A stretch of 64,000 bases of DNA from Candidatus Enteromonas sp. (GTDB lineage Bacteria > Bacillota_I > Bacilli_A > RFN20 > CAG-826). The position numbers were made by a program, and so were the translations under genes. The stretch spans positions 20,584-84,583 of the forward strand of contig DAVZIW010000001.1 in assembly GCA_052273085.1 (NCBI GenBank), written 5' to 3'. Of the stretch, positions 49,009 to 58,603 are shown piece by piece. Under the pieces are notes generated by a model. That model worked only from the letters and a program-made list of their open reading frames with translations. It was not told the origin of the DNA and made no database searches. How positions within the stretch are numbered: the first letter of the stretch is position 1; every line of letters begins with the position of its first letter.

Positions 49009-49452
49009 ATGGATGTTTCTTATTTTATGGATTTAGCCTTGCTAGAGGCAAAAAAGGCAAAAGAAGAAGGTGAAATACCTGTTGGGGCCGTTATTGTTAA
49101 AGACGGGGCTCCTATTGCTTTTGGCCATAATAAGAAAGAAAGCAAGTTTGATATCACTAGTCATGCGGAGATCGAAGCCATAAAAGAAGCGGGACGTGTA
49201 TTGAAAAAGACTGATTTAAGTGACTGCTCTATATTTGTTACCCTTGAACCTTGCCTTATGTGTGGCGGGGCTTTAAAGCAATCTAGAATCAAATCTATTT
49301 ATTACGGGGCCAAAGATACTCAATTTGGCTTTGAAAGCAGGTATGGTCTATTCTCGATTAAAGATAACTATCCGTCCCCATTAGTTTATGGAGGGGTTAA
49401 AGAAAAGGAATGTAAAGAAATCATCGATGACTTCTTTACATCTAAAAGATAG
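49009..49452 (+). CDS. tadA: tRNA-specific adenosine deaminase
   Basis: 147 aa from the ATG 49009 (MDVSYFMDLALLEAKKAKEEGEIPVGAVIV...) with CDA-fold zinc motifs HAEIEAI and PCLMCGGAL. The track's 172-aa version is extended back through the SRP RNA. Confidence 0.88.
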   Translation: MDVSYFMDLALLEAKKAKEEGEIPVGAVIVKDGAPIAFGHNKKESKFDITSHAEIEAIKEAGRVLKKTDLSDCSIFVTLEPCLMCGGALKQSRIKSIYYGAKDTQFGFESRYGLFSIKDNYPSPLVYGGVKEKECKEIIDDFFTSKR

Positions 49453-49534
49453 TAAATAAACACGTTGAAATTAATGTTAATAATTCATAAAAAAATATAA
49501 TTGGTTTTTCCTATATTTGATAAAATATCAAAGC

Positions 49535-52486
49535 ATGGAAAATGTAGAGATTATTAACGAAGAAAATCAGTTAGAAAACGAAGATAATCAAATTGATGTT
49601 TCATTAGAATTAAAACACATCAAAAAAGATTATTATGTTAATAAGAAGCCCTTTACTGCAATTAAGGACTTATCTTTAGTTTTCCCCAAAAAAGGATTCG
49701 TTGCCATATTAGGCGAATCAGGATGTGGCAAATCCACTTTACTTAATATATTAGGCGGATTAGACCGTTATACATCTGGTGATTTGCTAATTAATGGGGT
49801 ATCTACTAAACAATTTAACGATGCAGACTGGGATAAATACAGGAATACCCAGGTAGGATTCATATTCCAAAGCTACAATTTGATCTCGCATTTTAACTTG
49901 CTTCAAAATGTCGAAGTTCCTTTAAAACTAGCAGGCATTAATCAAAAAGAAAGAGAAGAAAGGGCCAAAGCTGCTTTAGAAAAAGTAGGATTAGGTGATT
50001 CGCTTCATAAGATTCCTAATCAATTATCCGGAGGGCAACAACAAAGAGTTGCTATCGCTAGAGCCTTAATAAATAATCCAAGCATTATTCTTGCTGATGA
50101 ACCTACGGGTGCTTTAGATTCTGCAACTTCCATCCAAGTAATGGAACTAATTAAAGAAGCAGGAAAAGAATGCTGCGTCATCATGGTCACCCATAATGAA
50201 AAACTAGCAAAGAAATATGCGGATAGAATAATTACCATGAGCGATGGGGAAGCAATTTCAGATACTTCTCCTATTGAAGCTGGTGTTGAAATAGAAAAAC
50301 AAAAAACAAAAGAAAAAAGAACAGGCATGTCTTTTATTTCGGCTCTCCACTCCTCTTTTAAAAATGTCTTAACAAAGAAAACCAGGACCACTTTAACCGC
50401 GGTTGCTTGCTCTTTTGGTATTATTGGGGTTGCCCTAGTTTTGGCTACTAGCAATGGCTTCTCTTTGTATGTAAAAGACGTAGAAACCTCTGTTGCTTCT
50501 AGCGTTCCTATTACTATTTCCCCTACCGTAGTTTCTTATAAATCGAATAACCAAGATTCATATACCAGGGCGGATGAATTCCCTAAAGACAATAACATCA
50601 GGGTTTATGATTCTTCCTCTTCTAGCTATGTAGTTCATCAAAATACCTTTACCAAAGAATATATAGATGCCTTAAAGGCTACTATGACTGATAAAAATAA
50701 TCCTGCCTATGGAACTGTTATGTCAGTTATGGAAAATAGAAAAGGCTTGGATTTCCATTTCCTTACAAAAGATGGGATGGATGAAGATGCTAAGATTACT
50801 TCAATTAATCAATACGCCTCCGCTTCTTCTTTAGGGGCTATGGTATCTTCTGTTACTTCTTTGCCAACCACGATTATCCATGAACTATATGGAGACGAAG
50901 AATCTCTTTCTAGCATGTATGATGTAATCGACGGAAAATTCCCTGAAAACGATAATGAATTAGTCTTAGTCGTAGATAGATATAACCGCGTTGATTTCTC
51001 TACCTTGAAAAAACTAGGTGTTTTCCCTTCTAATTCAACTTACGAAACATTGGATGCGAATGAAAAACAAATTAGTTTCTCTTCTTTGATTTATGATGGA
51101 GAAGGCGACAAGGAATACAAAGAATACAAGTGTTATACAAATTCCTCATATTATAAAAAATCAATTGAAACCAAGGTTATTGCCAAGGTTCCTTCTTATA
51201 AGAATATTAAACTAGAAACGAGCGGTGAAGATTATAAGTTCGTTGGCGAGAAAGACGAAACTGAAATAATTAGATATAAGACAGTCGATGATTATGATGA
51301 AGTCTATAACAATGATGAATACTATAATCCAATAAAATGTAAAATCGTTGGGGTTTTGCGTCCAACAAAAGAATCTTATCTTACATTGATGCCTTCTTCT
51401 TTGGCTTATTTACCTGGCTTAAAAGATATAATGGCAAAAGATTATTCTGAAGGTGGAGCAGGTTATGCTCTTGCCCAAGAACAAAAGGACAACTGGTATG
51501 TTCCTAGGTCAAAAAGTGATCCAACTGATGTTAGTAACGATGGGGTTGCTGCTTTAAATGCTTCTTTAAAAACCTTGATGAAATCCTATTCTGAAAAAGA
51601 AAAGGGAGAAGCTACAATATCAACAAACACTCTTTCAACCTTATTTAATAACGTTGCTAGATATCAAAATATATTTTGCATAAAACAAATGACTGAAACA
51701 GGTGGATATACCTGCTATGCCCCTTCTTCAAATCCGAAATCATATTTATCGTGGTGCCAATCTTATGGTGCGACTTTTAATTCGTTAGAAATAAATAATG
51801 ATTCAAATAATGCGGCGTTGTTCCTGCTTATGATAACTAGCGGAGAATTCTTTTCTAAAGATGCAGATTCTAATTTTGTCGATGTAATGGCTTTAGCTAA
51901 TTCTTATTCTTTGATTACTTCTGTACTAGTTTTCCCAAAGAGTTTATCTAGTAAAGATGTATTACTTAACTACATGGATTCATTAAATGAAGGAAAACGC
52001 GATTCCGAAAAGATAGTCTATAGCGACATTATGTCTGATTTTACAGGTTCGTTAGGAACAATGATTAATGTTATATCGGCCGTATTGATTGTCTTTGCTT
52101 CTATTTCTTTAGTCGTTTCTTCTGTTATGACTGCGATTATTACTTATGTCTCGGTTGTTGAAAGAACAAAAGAAATCGGAATACTTAGGGCGTGTGGGGC
52201 AAGAAAGAAAGATGTAGGTCGATTATTCGAAGCCGAATGCGTAATTATTGGGTTAGTCGCCGGGCTCATTGGAGTCTTGTTTACTGTTTTGGCTTGTTTC
52301 CCAATTAATGCGATTATCGATTATAAATTCCCTGGAAATAATTTATCTTCTATAGCTAAGTTAAATCCTTTACATGCTTTGATTTTGCTCGCCTTATCTA
52401 TTTTGCTTTCATATTTAAGTGGCTTAATTCCATCAAGAATGGCTGCAAATAAAGACCCGGTTGCGTGTTTAAGGAGTGATCAATGA
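49535..52486 (+). CDS. fused ABC ATP-binding domain / FtsX-type permease (MacB-like) with a very large extracytoplasmic domain
   Basis: N-terminal NBD with Walker A GESGCGKST, signature LSGGQQQRVAIARAL and Walker B ILADEPTGALD. One TM is followed by about 560 aa of soluble domain, then the C-terminal FtsX 3-TM module. The ATG at 49535 is preferred over the TTG at 49517 used by the track. Confidence 0.85.
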   Translation: MENVEIINEENQLENEDNQIDVSLELKHIKKDYYVNKKPFTAIKDLSLVFPKKGFVAILGESGCGKSTLLNILGGLDRYTSGDLLINGVSTKQFNDADWDKYRNTQVGFIFQSYNLISHFNLLQNVEVPLKLAGINQKEREERAKAALEKVGLGDSLHKIPNQLSGGQQQRVAIARALINNPSIILADEPTGALDSATSIQVMELIKEAGKECCVIMVTHNEKLAKKYADRIITMSDGEAISDTSPIEAGVEIEKQKTKEKRTGMSFISALHSSFKNVLTKKTRTTLTAVACSFGIIGVALVLATSNGFSLYVKDVETSVASSVPITISPTVVSYKSNNQDSYTRADEFPKDNNIRVYDSSSSSYVVHQNTFTKEYIDALKATMTDKNNPAYGTVMSVMENRKGLDFHFLTKDGMDEDAKITSINQYASASSLGAMVSSVTSLPTTIIHELYGDEESLSSMYDVIDGKFPENDNELVLVVDRYNRVDFSTLKKLGVFPSNSTYETLDANEKQISFSSLIYDGEGDKEYKEYKCYTNSSYYKKSIETKVIAKVPSYKNIKLETSGEDYKFVGEKDETEIIRYKTVDDYDEVYNNDEYYNPIKCKIVGVLRPTKESYLTLMPSSLAYLPGLKDIMAKDYSEGGAGYALAQEQKDNWYVPRSKSDPTDVSNDGVAALNASLKTLMKSYSEKEKGEATISTNTLSTLFNNVARYQNIFCIKQMTETGGYTCYAPSSNPKSYLSWCQSYGATFNSLEINNDSNNAALFLLMITSGEFFSKDADSNFVDVMALANSYSLITSVLVFPKSLSSKDVLLNYMDSLNEGKRDSEKIVYSDIMSDFTGSLGTMINVISAVLIVFASISLVVSSVMTAIITYVSVVERTKEIGILRACGARKKDVGRLFEAECVIIGLVAGLIGVLFTVLACFPINAIIDYKFPGNNLSSIAKLNPLHALILLALSILLSYLSGLIPSRMAANKDPVACLRSDQ

Positions 52487-54993
52487 AAAAGACTACAAAG
52501 AAATTAAATGAATTGATTGCTTCTGCTACTCCTTATGAAGTAGATCCTAGTGTTGGGTTAAACAAAGCCCAAGTCGACGAAAGAAAAAAGTCAGGATTAG
52601 TTAATAAAGTAAGCAAACAAGTTACAAAAACTTATCCTCAGATTCTTTTTGATAATTTATTCAATTTCTTGAACCTTATTTTGTTTGTGGTTTTTATTTT
52701 GATGTTGCTAGCCAAATTATCATTCTCCCACTACTTTTTTATCATCATATTGGGTGCGAATATATTTATTGGAATTGCCCAAGATATAAATGCCAGACGA
52801 ATGGTTGATAAGTTACGTATTGTAACTGACCCAAAAGCCAAAATAATTAGGGGTGGAGTAGAGATGGAAGCCTCCGCGAGTGGAATAGTTCTATCGGATA
52901 TTATTAAATTATCTAGTGGAGATAAGATATCTGCCGATAGCATTGTTAGAGAGGGGGAGATTGCAGTTGATGAATCTTTATTGACTGGAGAATCTATACC
53001 TGTAAAAAAGAAAAAGGGAGACCCCATATATGCAGGAACCTTCCTTACAAAGGGTAGTTGCCTTGCTGAAGTAGTCAAAGTTGGTTCTGCTAATTACGAT
53101 GAAACTTTAAGGACGAATGCTTCTAAATTTGACCGTCCAAATTCTGAAATTAAAAGGTCAATCAATTCAATTGTCTTAACATGCGGCATCTTATCAATTT
53201 GCTTTGGAGCGACACAGTTTATTACTTTTACCATACAAAAGATTAATGATGGATTTTCGTTTAACCAAATATATGGAAGCATGAATCCTAGGTTGGCTAG
53301 CCTTATCGCTTCTGTTTCTGGCTCAATTGTTGCAATGCTTCCTACGGGCATGTTCCTTCTTACATCCTTAACTTTAGCGGTTGGGGTTATTACTCTAGGA
53401 AGGAAAAGAGTTTTGGTGCAGCAACTCTATTGCATCGAAATGTTAGCTAGGGTTGATATGCTTTGCTTAGATAAAACAGGGACATTAACTGACGGGACAA
53501 TGAAATTGATTGAAATAATCCCGGTTGGCAAAAATACACAGACTAGCGAGATTGGTTATCTAGTTTCGTCTATTCTTCATTTCACCCGTGATTCAAATCC
53601 AACCGCTCAGGCATTAATTGAAGAATTCGGTTCTTCTTGCCATGAGCAGATGCTCGATTGCATTCCTTTTGATTCCGAACTTAAATATTCCGCCGTGTCT
53701 TTGGTTGATGAAGGCAGTTATGCATTTGGTGCATATGGATTTGTTCCTACAAAAGAGGATCCTGAAATAAAAGCCTTGATAGCTTCTAAAGCTAGCGAAG
53801 GTAATAGATGTTTGGTAGTTGCTAGAAATAAGAAACCTATAAAAAACGGCAAGGTTCCTGATGGATGTGAAATAATTGGAGTCTTAGTTCTTTCAGATCA
53901 CATAAAAGATGATGCCGAGGCGAATATAAAGTGGTTCATTGATTCTGGTGTCGAGATTAGAGTCATTTCGGGCGATGATCCTGTTACGGTTTCTGAAATT
54001 GCTAAAAAGGTCGGGGTACCAAATGCGAATAAATGCATTTCGCTTGAAGGGAAGTCATTAGATGAAACCGCTGCCCTTGCTCCGATTTATAGTGTTTTTG
54101 GCAGGGTGAGCCCGGAACAAAAGGCCGTTTTGATAAACGCTTATAAACAAATGGGTAACAAAGTCGCGATGACTGGTGATGGAGTCAATGATATCCTGGC
54201 TTTAAAGGTTGCGGATTGCTCTATTGCGATGGCGAGTGGCTCTGAAGCTGCAAGAAGCGTCTCTCATTTAGTCGCACTTGATTCAGACTTCTCTAGACTC
54301 CCAGATGTAGTATTCCAGGGGAGACGTGTAATCAATAACTTACAGAGAACATGTTCTGTATTTGTTACAAAAACCATGTTCGCTATAGTCCTTTCCTTTA
54401 TCTTTATCATCTCCATGTTTGCTAATGGAATGGGCTATCCGTTTAATACGGCGAATATGTTTATTTGGGAATTTATTACTATAGGTATCGCTTCTTTCTT
54501 CCTTGCTTTGCAACCATCTAACGAAAAACTGCAGGGTTCATTCCTTAAAAACATATTAGTAAGAGCATTCCCGGCAGGATTAACAGAGATAATAGTTGCT
54601 ACGATTCCGTTTGTTATCTATTTGATTTGGCCAAATGCATTCACTAGTTCCTCTAATCCTGATTTCTATTGGAGGTCAACTTGCACATGTGCAGTCCTTT
54701 CCTTTACTTTAATTTCTTTTGTTTCGTTATTCAGAATCTGTGTTCCACTTAATAGATATAGGGCTATTTTATTTATCGCCCTTTCTATTTTGGGAATATT
54801 GATATTTGGCTGTGATATTGGGTTATATTTTACAAGAGGAAAACCGTTTAGTCCTATATTAGCCCTATCATGGGGAAGTTTGTCTTGGAGTTTTTATCTA
54901 ACAACAGCCTTAAACGTAATTATTTTTGGCTCTCTATATTTCTTATTGGATAAGAGGGTTGTAAAATGGATTGAAAGCATTGGAGAAGAATGA
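52483..54993 (+). CDS. cation-transporting P-type ATPase
   Basis: 836 aa with TGES, the phosphorylation site CLDKTGTLT and the hinge MTGDGVNDILALK. There are 8-10 TMs. Ion specificity is not assignable. The start overlaps the upstream stop (ATGA). Confidence 0.9.
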   Translation: MKKTTKKLNELIASATPYEVDPSVGLNKAQVDERKKSGLVNKVSKQVTKTYPQILFDNLFNFLNLILFVVFILMLLAKLSFSHYFFIIILGANIFIGIAQDINARRMVDKLRIVTDPKAKIIRGGVEMEASASGIVLSDIIKLSSGDKISADSIVREGEIAVDESLLTGESIPVKKKKGDPIYAGTFLTKGSCLAEVVKVGSANYDETLRTNASKFDRPNSEIKRSINSIVLTCGILSICFGATQFITFTIQKINDGFSFNQIYGSMNPRLASLIASVSGSIVAMLPTGMFLLTSLTLAVGVITLGRKRVLVQQLYCIEMLARVDMLCLDKTGTLTDGTMKLIEIIPVGKNTQTSEIGYLVSSILHFTRDSNPTAQALIEEFGSSCHEQMLDCIPFDSELKYSAVSLVDEGSYAFGAYGFVPTKEDPEIKALIASKASEGNRCLVVARNKKPIKNGKVPDGCEIIGVLVLSDHIKDDAEANIKWFIDSGVEIRVISGDDPVTVSEIAKKVGVPNANKCISLEGKSLDETAALAPIYSVFGRVSPEQKAVLINAYKQMGNKVAMTGDGVNDILALKVADCSIAMASGSEAARSVSHLVALDSDFSRLPDVVFQGRRVINNLQRTCSVFVTKTMFAIVLSFIFIISMFANGMGYPFNTANMFIWEFITIGIASFFLALQPSNEKLQGSFLKNILVRAFPAGLTEIIVATIPFVIYLIWPNAFTSSSNPDFYWRSTCTCAVLSFTLISFVSLFRICVPLNRYRAILFIALSILGILIFGCDIGLYFTRGKPFSPILALSWGSLSWSFYLTTALNVIIFGSLYFLLDKRVVKWIESIGEE

Positions 54994-55898
54994 TGAAAGT
55001 AAGTCTAAGAGTCGCTAAAGCATTAGCAAACAAAGAGCCGGTAGTCGCACTTGAATCTACGATTATATCGCACGGCATGCCTTATCCTAAAAACGTTGAG
55101 ACAGCCTTGTTGGTAGAAAAAACAATAGAAGATAATGGGGCTATTCCTGCAACAATTGGAATTATTGATGGTGAGATTGTCGTTGGAATGAGCCATGATG
55201 AAATCGAAGAATTTGGCAAGAAAAAAGGAATTGCCAAGGTTTCAAAAAGAGATTTGCCAATTGTAGTGGCCAAAAAGATGTGGGGTGCCACTACTGTATC
55301 CGCTACTATGCTAGTCGCACATATGGCTGGTATTGAAATATTCGTTACCGGAGGTATCGGAGGGGTTCATCGCGGAGCTGAATCCACTTTTGATATTTCC
55401 CGTGATTTAAAAGAATTGGGAGAAGTTGATGTTGCCGTTATTTGCTCTGGAGCCAAGGCAATATTAGACATCCCAAAGACTTTAGAATACCTAGAAACCG
55501 AAGGAGTTACTATTCTTTCTAACAAAGAAAAGAGTTTTGCTAACTTCTATTCCTCTTCTAGCTCTTATCCAGTTGACTATGCGTTTGCTTCCCCTAAAGA
55601 AGCCGCTTCGATTATCAAAGCTAAACGTGATTTAGAACTAGAAGGCGGTATTTTGATTTCTAATCCTGTTCCAGAAGAATATTCGTTACCTCATGATTAT
55701 ATTGACTCGATTGTTGATCAAGCCGTTAAAGAAAGCAAAGAACAAGGGATCAAAGGCAAGGATGTTACTCCTTTCCTTTTGAAACGCATTGTTGAATTAA
55801 CTGGTGGAAAATCTCTTGAATCAAATATAGCCCTTATATTAAATAACGCCAAATTAGGTGCAAATATAGCTAAGGAGTATTCTGCTTTAATCAAATGA
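54990..55898 (+). CDS. psuG: pseudouridine-5'-phosphate glycosidase
   Basis: 302 aa closely matching YeiN/PsuG throughout (PVVALESTIISHGMPYP..., GGIGGVHRGAE..., TPFLLKRIVELTGGKSLESNI). No pseudouridine kinase gene is adjacent. Confidence 0.88.
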   Translation: MMKVSLRVAKALANKEPVVALESTIISHGMPYPKNVETALLVEKTIEDNGAIPATIGIIDGEIVVGMSHDEIEEFGKKKGIAKVSKRDLPIVVAKKMWGATTVSATMLVAHMAGIEIFVTGGIGGVHRGAESTFDISRDLKELGEVDVAVICSGAKAILDIPKTLEYLETEGVTILSNKEKSFANFYSSSSSYPVDYAFASPKEAASIIKAKRDLELEGGILISNPVPEEYSLPHDYIDSIVDQAVKESKEQGIKGKDVTPFLLKRIVELTGGKSLESNIALILNNAKLGANIAKEYSALIK

Positions 55899-56455
55899 TT
55901 ACCGAATCAAAACTCAAATATGCCTTGAAGCAGATGATGGAAGATATCCCTTTGGAGGATATCAATGTCACCGCACTTTGCCAAAAGTGTGGATGCCATA
56001 GACAGACTTTTTACTATCATTATCAAGATATATATGATTTGATCGCAGCTATTTTCCTTAATGAAGATTTAGAAAAAGTAAATCAATGCAAGGATGTTAA
56101 ATCTACTCTTAAGGCATTCCTTCAATACGTAAAAGATAATTTTACTTTCTTACGTTCTACTTATAATTCAGCCGCGAGAGATTTAACTGATGATTTTATA
56201 TTCGGAAAACTAAATGCCAAATTATTGTCTTTATGGACTAAAGAAAATGAAGGCGAGGAACTAAAAAAAGATGGGTATAGAAACGCTGCAAGACGTTTCG
56301 CCCATATAGTTTCCGATGAATTTGGATATTGCTTTAAAGATCCTAAATTAACCCCTGAAAAATTCTCCAAGAAGATGAATAAATTTATTGATAATTCAAT
56401 GAATATCATCCTTCCTGCAATCATGGGTTTATCCAAAAAAGAAGAATCCAAATAA
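55895..56455 (+). CDS. TetR-family regulator (DhaS/YcgE-like)
   Basis: 186 aa. The N-terminal helix-turn-helix (TALCQKCGCHRQTFYYHYQDIYDL) resembles the DhaS-type TetR subfamily. Overlaps psuG by 4 nt. Confidence 0.6.
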   Translation: MITESKLKYALKQMMEDIPLEDINVTALCQKCGCHRQTFYYHYQDIYDLIAAIFLNEDLEKVNQCKDVKSTLKAFLQYVKDNFTFLRSTYNSAARDLTDDFIFGKLNAKLLSLWTKENEGEELKKDGYRNAARRFAHIVSDEFGYCFKDPKLTPEKFSKKMNKFIDNSMNIILPAIMGLSKKEESK

Positions 56456-56537
56456 CTTCTATAATTAAAATATCAATATGGGTATTCTTTTCTTTTATAT
56501 TTTTCTTTAACATTTAGTTAACCTATGGAGGTTGCTT

Positions 56538-58511
56538 ATGAAGAAGAATGTATTTTTGCTTATTGGTTTTTTACCTTTACTTTTAGGGTGCGGGCGTTCA
56601 TCTAGCGAAGAAAGCAAAATAGTAGATACAAGTAGTGAAGAAATCTCGTCTACTCCATCTTCAATAACCCAATCTAGTGAAGTAACTTCTTCTGCTCCTT
56701 CTATCCACGAACATACATTCGAAGATAAATTGACATATGATGAAGAATATCATTACCATAGGTCTACGTGTGGTCATGATGTGGTTTCCGATAAGGAACC
56801 TCATTCTTTTGTTTCTACAGTTACTGATCCGACCTTTGAAGAAGAAGGATACACGACCCATGTATGCAAATGTGGCTATTCCTATATAGATAGCAAGACC
56901 GCTAAACTAGAACATACTTATTCTTTAGCCTGGTCAAGTGATGGGCGTACTCATTGGCACGCTTGTATCGATTCAGGATATGAACATTTAAAGAAAGATG
57001 AAGCAAAACATATCTTTAATATCAATGAAGATAATCCTTTAGAGATGGAATGCGTAATATGTAAGAAAAAAGGCGGGATACAAGAAGTTAACGCTTTAAG
57101 ATATAGCTTAATTGATTTTGAAAGCGAGATAGATGGGGTCAAATATACGAAAGCCTATACCGTTTTAAATTCTATAAACATGAACTGCACCGAAATAATA
57201 ATCCCCTCTTTCTATAATTCCTTACCTGTAGTTTCTATTAAAGATGAAGCTTTTTCAAATCGTAGTTCACTTAAATCTATATTTATTTCAAATAACATTA
57301 GCTCAATCGGAAACAAATTGATTTGTTTTTCTAAAGCCGTTTCTTCTATTGAAGTAGATTCTAGAAACAAGATTTTTGATTCTAGAAATAATTCCAATTC
57401 AGTTATAAAGACAATAGATAATTCCTTGGTTTTGGGATGTAAGGATAGCGTTATTCCTGGTGATGTTGCTTCAATTGGAGACTATGCTTTCTATGGTTGC
57501 GCCGGTTTGGAAGAGATTTCTTTTCAGGATAACATTACTTCTATAGGTACTGGATCGTTTCAATATTGTGAATCATTAAGCTCGGTCTCGTTTGGTAAAA
57601 ATCTTATTTCTATTGGAATGGTTGCTTTTTGTGAATGTGGCGTCTTGAGCCAAATAACATTGCCAGATAGCTTAGTTAATTTAGGGGCTGGGGCTTTTAG
57701 TTTCTGTTCTTCGTTATCTACTATCATTATTCCAGATAAAGTAACTTCTATTGGGGCTGAAACATTTAGGGGTTGCTCTGCTTTATCTGTAGTTAAGATT
57801 GGCAAAGGTGTTACTTCTATCGGCAACAAAGCGTTTGAAAATTGCAAGTCGATTACATCTATTGGCCTTCCTGAAGGCCTTACTAATATTTGGAATCATG
57901 CATTTAGTGGATGCAAGGCTCTTAAGTCTATTGTTTTGCCAAACACTCTTATTGGCATTGGGGATTATGCTTTCCAATATTGTACGGCATTGAAAGACAT
58001 TGATTTACCTTTGGGATTAATATCAATTGGAAAGTTTGCTTTTAACCAATGTGATGCATTTAATTCACCTATTCCATCTAGTGTTGCTTCTATTGATGAA
58101 TATGCCTTTTATTGCTGCTTATCTTTGACTTCGATTGTTATTCCTAGCGGTGTAAAAATAATTGGCGATTCATCATTCTCTAGTTGCTCCGCTTTAACTA
58201 CTGTTACTATCCAAGAAGGGGTAACTTCTATTGGGTTTAGTTGCTTCTCACAATGTAGCACTCTTAATACAATAGTAATTCCATCTACTGTTGCTCCTAC
58301 TTCTATTGGAATGTGGGCGTTTAATAACTGTAAGGCAATTAAATATTGTTTTGTAAAATGGGCTGATACAAGTAAAACCATTACTGACATACCATCATCT
58401 AGCATGTATTACTATTCAGAAGCCGAGCCAAGTGTAGAAGATTTAAAATCCCACAATTATTGGCATTATGTTGATGAAACTCCTACTGTTTGGGAATTAG
58501 TAGCAAAATAA
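56538..58511 (+). CDS. lipoprotein with BspA-type leucine-rich repeats and an N-terminal Cys/His-rich repeated module
   Basis: Starts at the ATG 56538 after a GGAGG Shine-Dalgarno, with the lipobox LLLGCG. Residues 60-180 carry two or three copies of an EHT[FY]-x(8-12)-HxH-x(1-2)-C-x(1-2)-[HD] ... C-x-C-G pattern. Beyond residue 200 there are at least 14 repeats of about 23 aa with the consensus IP..V.SIG..AF..C..L..I. Confidence 0.8.
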   Translation: MKKNVFLLIGFLPLLLGCGRSSSEESKIVDTSSEEISSTPSSITQSSEVTSSAPSIHEHTFEDKLTYDEEYHYHRSTCGHDVVSDKEPHSFVSTVTDPTFEEEGYTTHVCKCGYSYIDSKTAKLEHTYSLAWSSDGRTHWHACIDSGYEHLKKDEAKHIFNINEDNPLEMECVICKKKGGIQEVNALRYSLIDFESEIDGVKYTKAYTVLNSINMNCTEIIIPSFYNSLPVVSIKDEAFSNRSSLKSIFISNNISSIGNKLICFSKAVSSIEVDSRNKIFDSRNNSNSVIKTIDNSLVLGCKDSVIPGDVASIGDYAFYGCAGLEEISFQDNITSIGTGSFQYCESLSSVSFGKNLISIGMVAFCECGVLSQITLPDSLVNLGAGAFSFCSSLSTIIIPDKVTSIGAETFRGCSALSVVKIGKGVTSIGNKAFENCKSITSIGLPEGLTNIWNHAFSGCKALKSIVLPNTLIGIGDYAFQYCTALKDIDLPLGLISIGKFAFNQCDAFNSPIPSSVASIDEYAFYCCLSLTSIVIPSGVKIIGDSSFSSCSALTTVTIQEGVTSIGFSCFSQCSTLNTIVIPSTVAPTSIGMWAFNNCKAIKYCFVKWADTSKTITDIPSSSMYYYSEAEPSVEDLKSHNYWHYVDETPTVWELVAK

Positions 58512-58603
58512 GCATTAAAATTAAAGATAAAAACCGCTACATATACATAGATAATAAGAATTATATATAACATAGTTAGGCATCAAAATTCGGAGGCTGT
58601 TAT

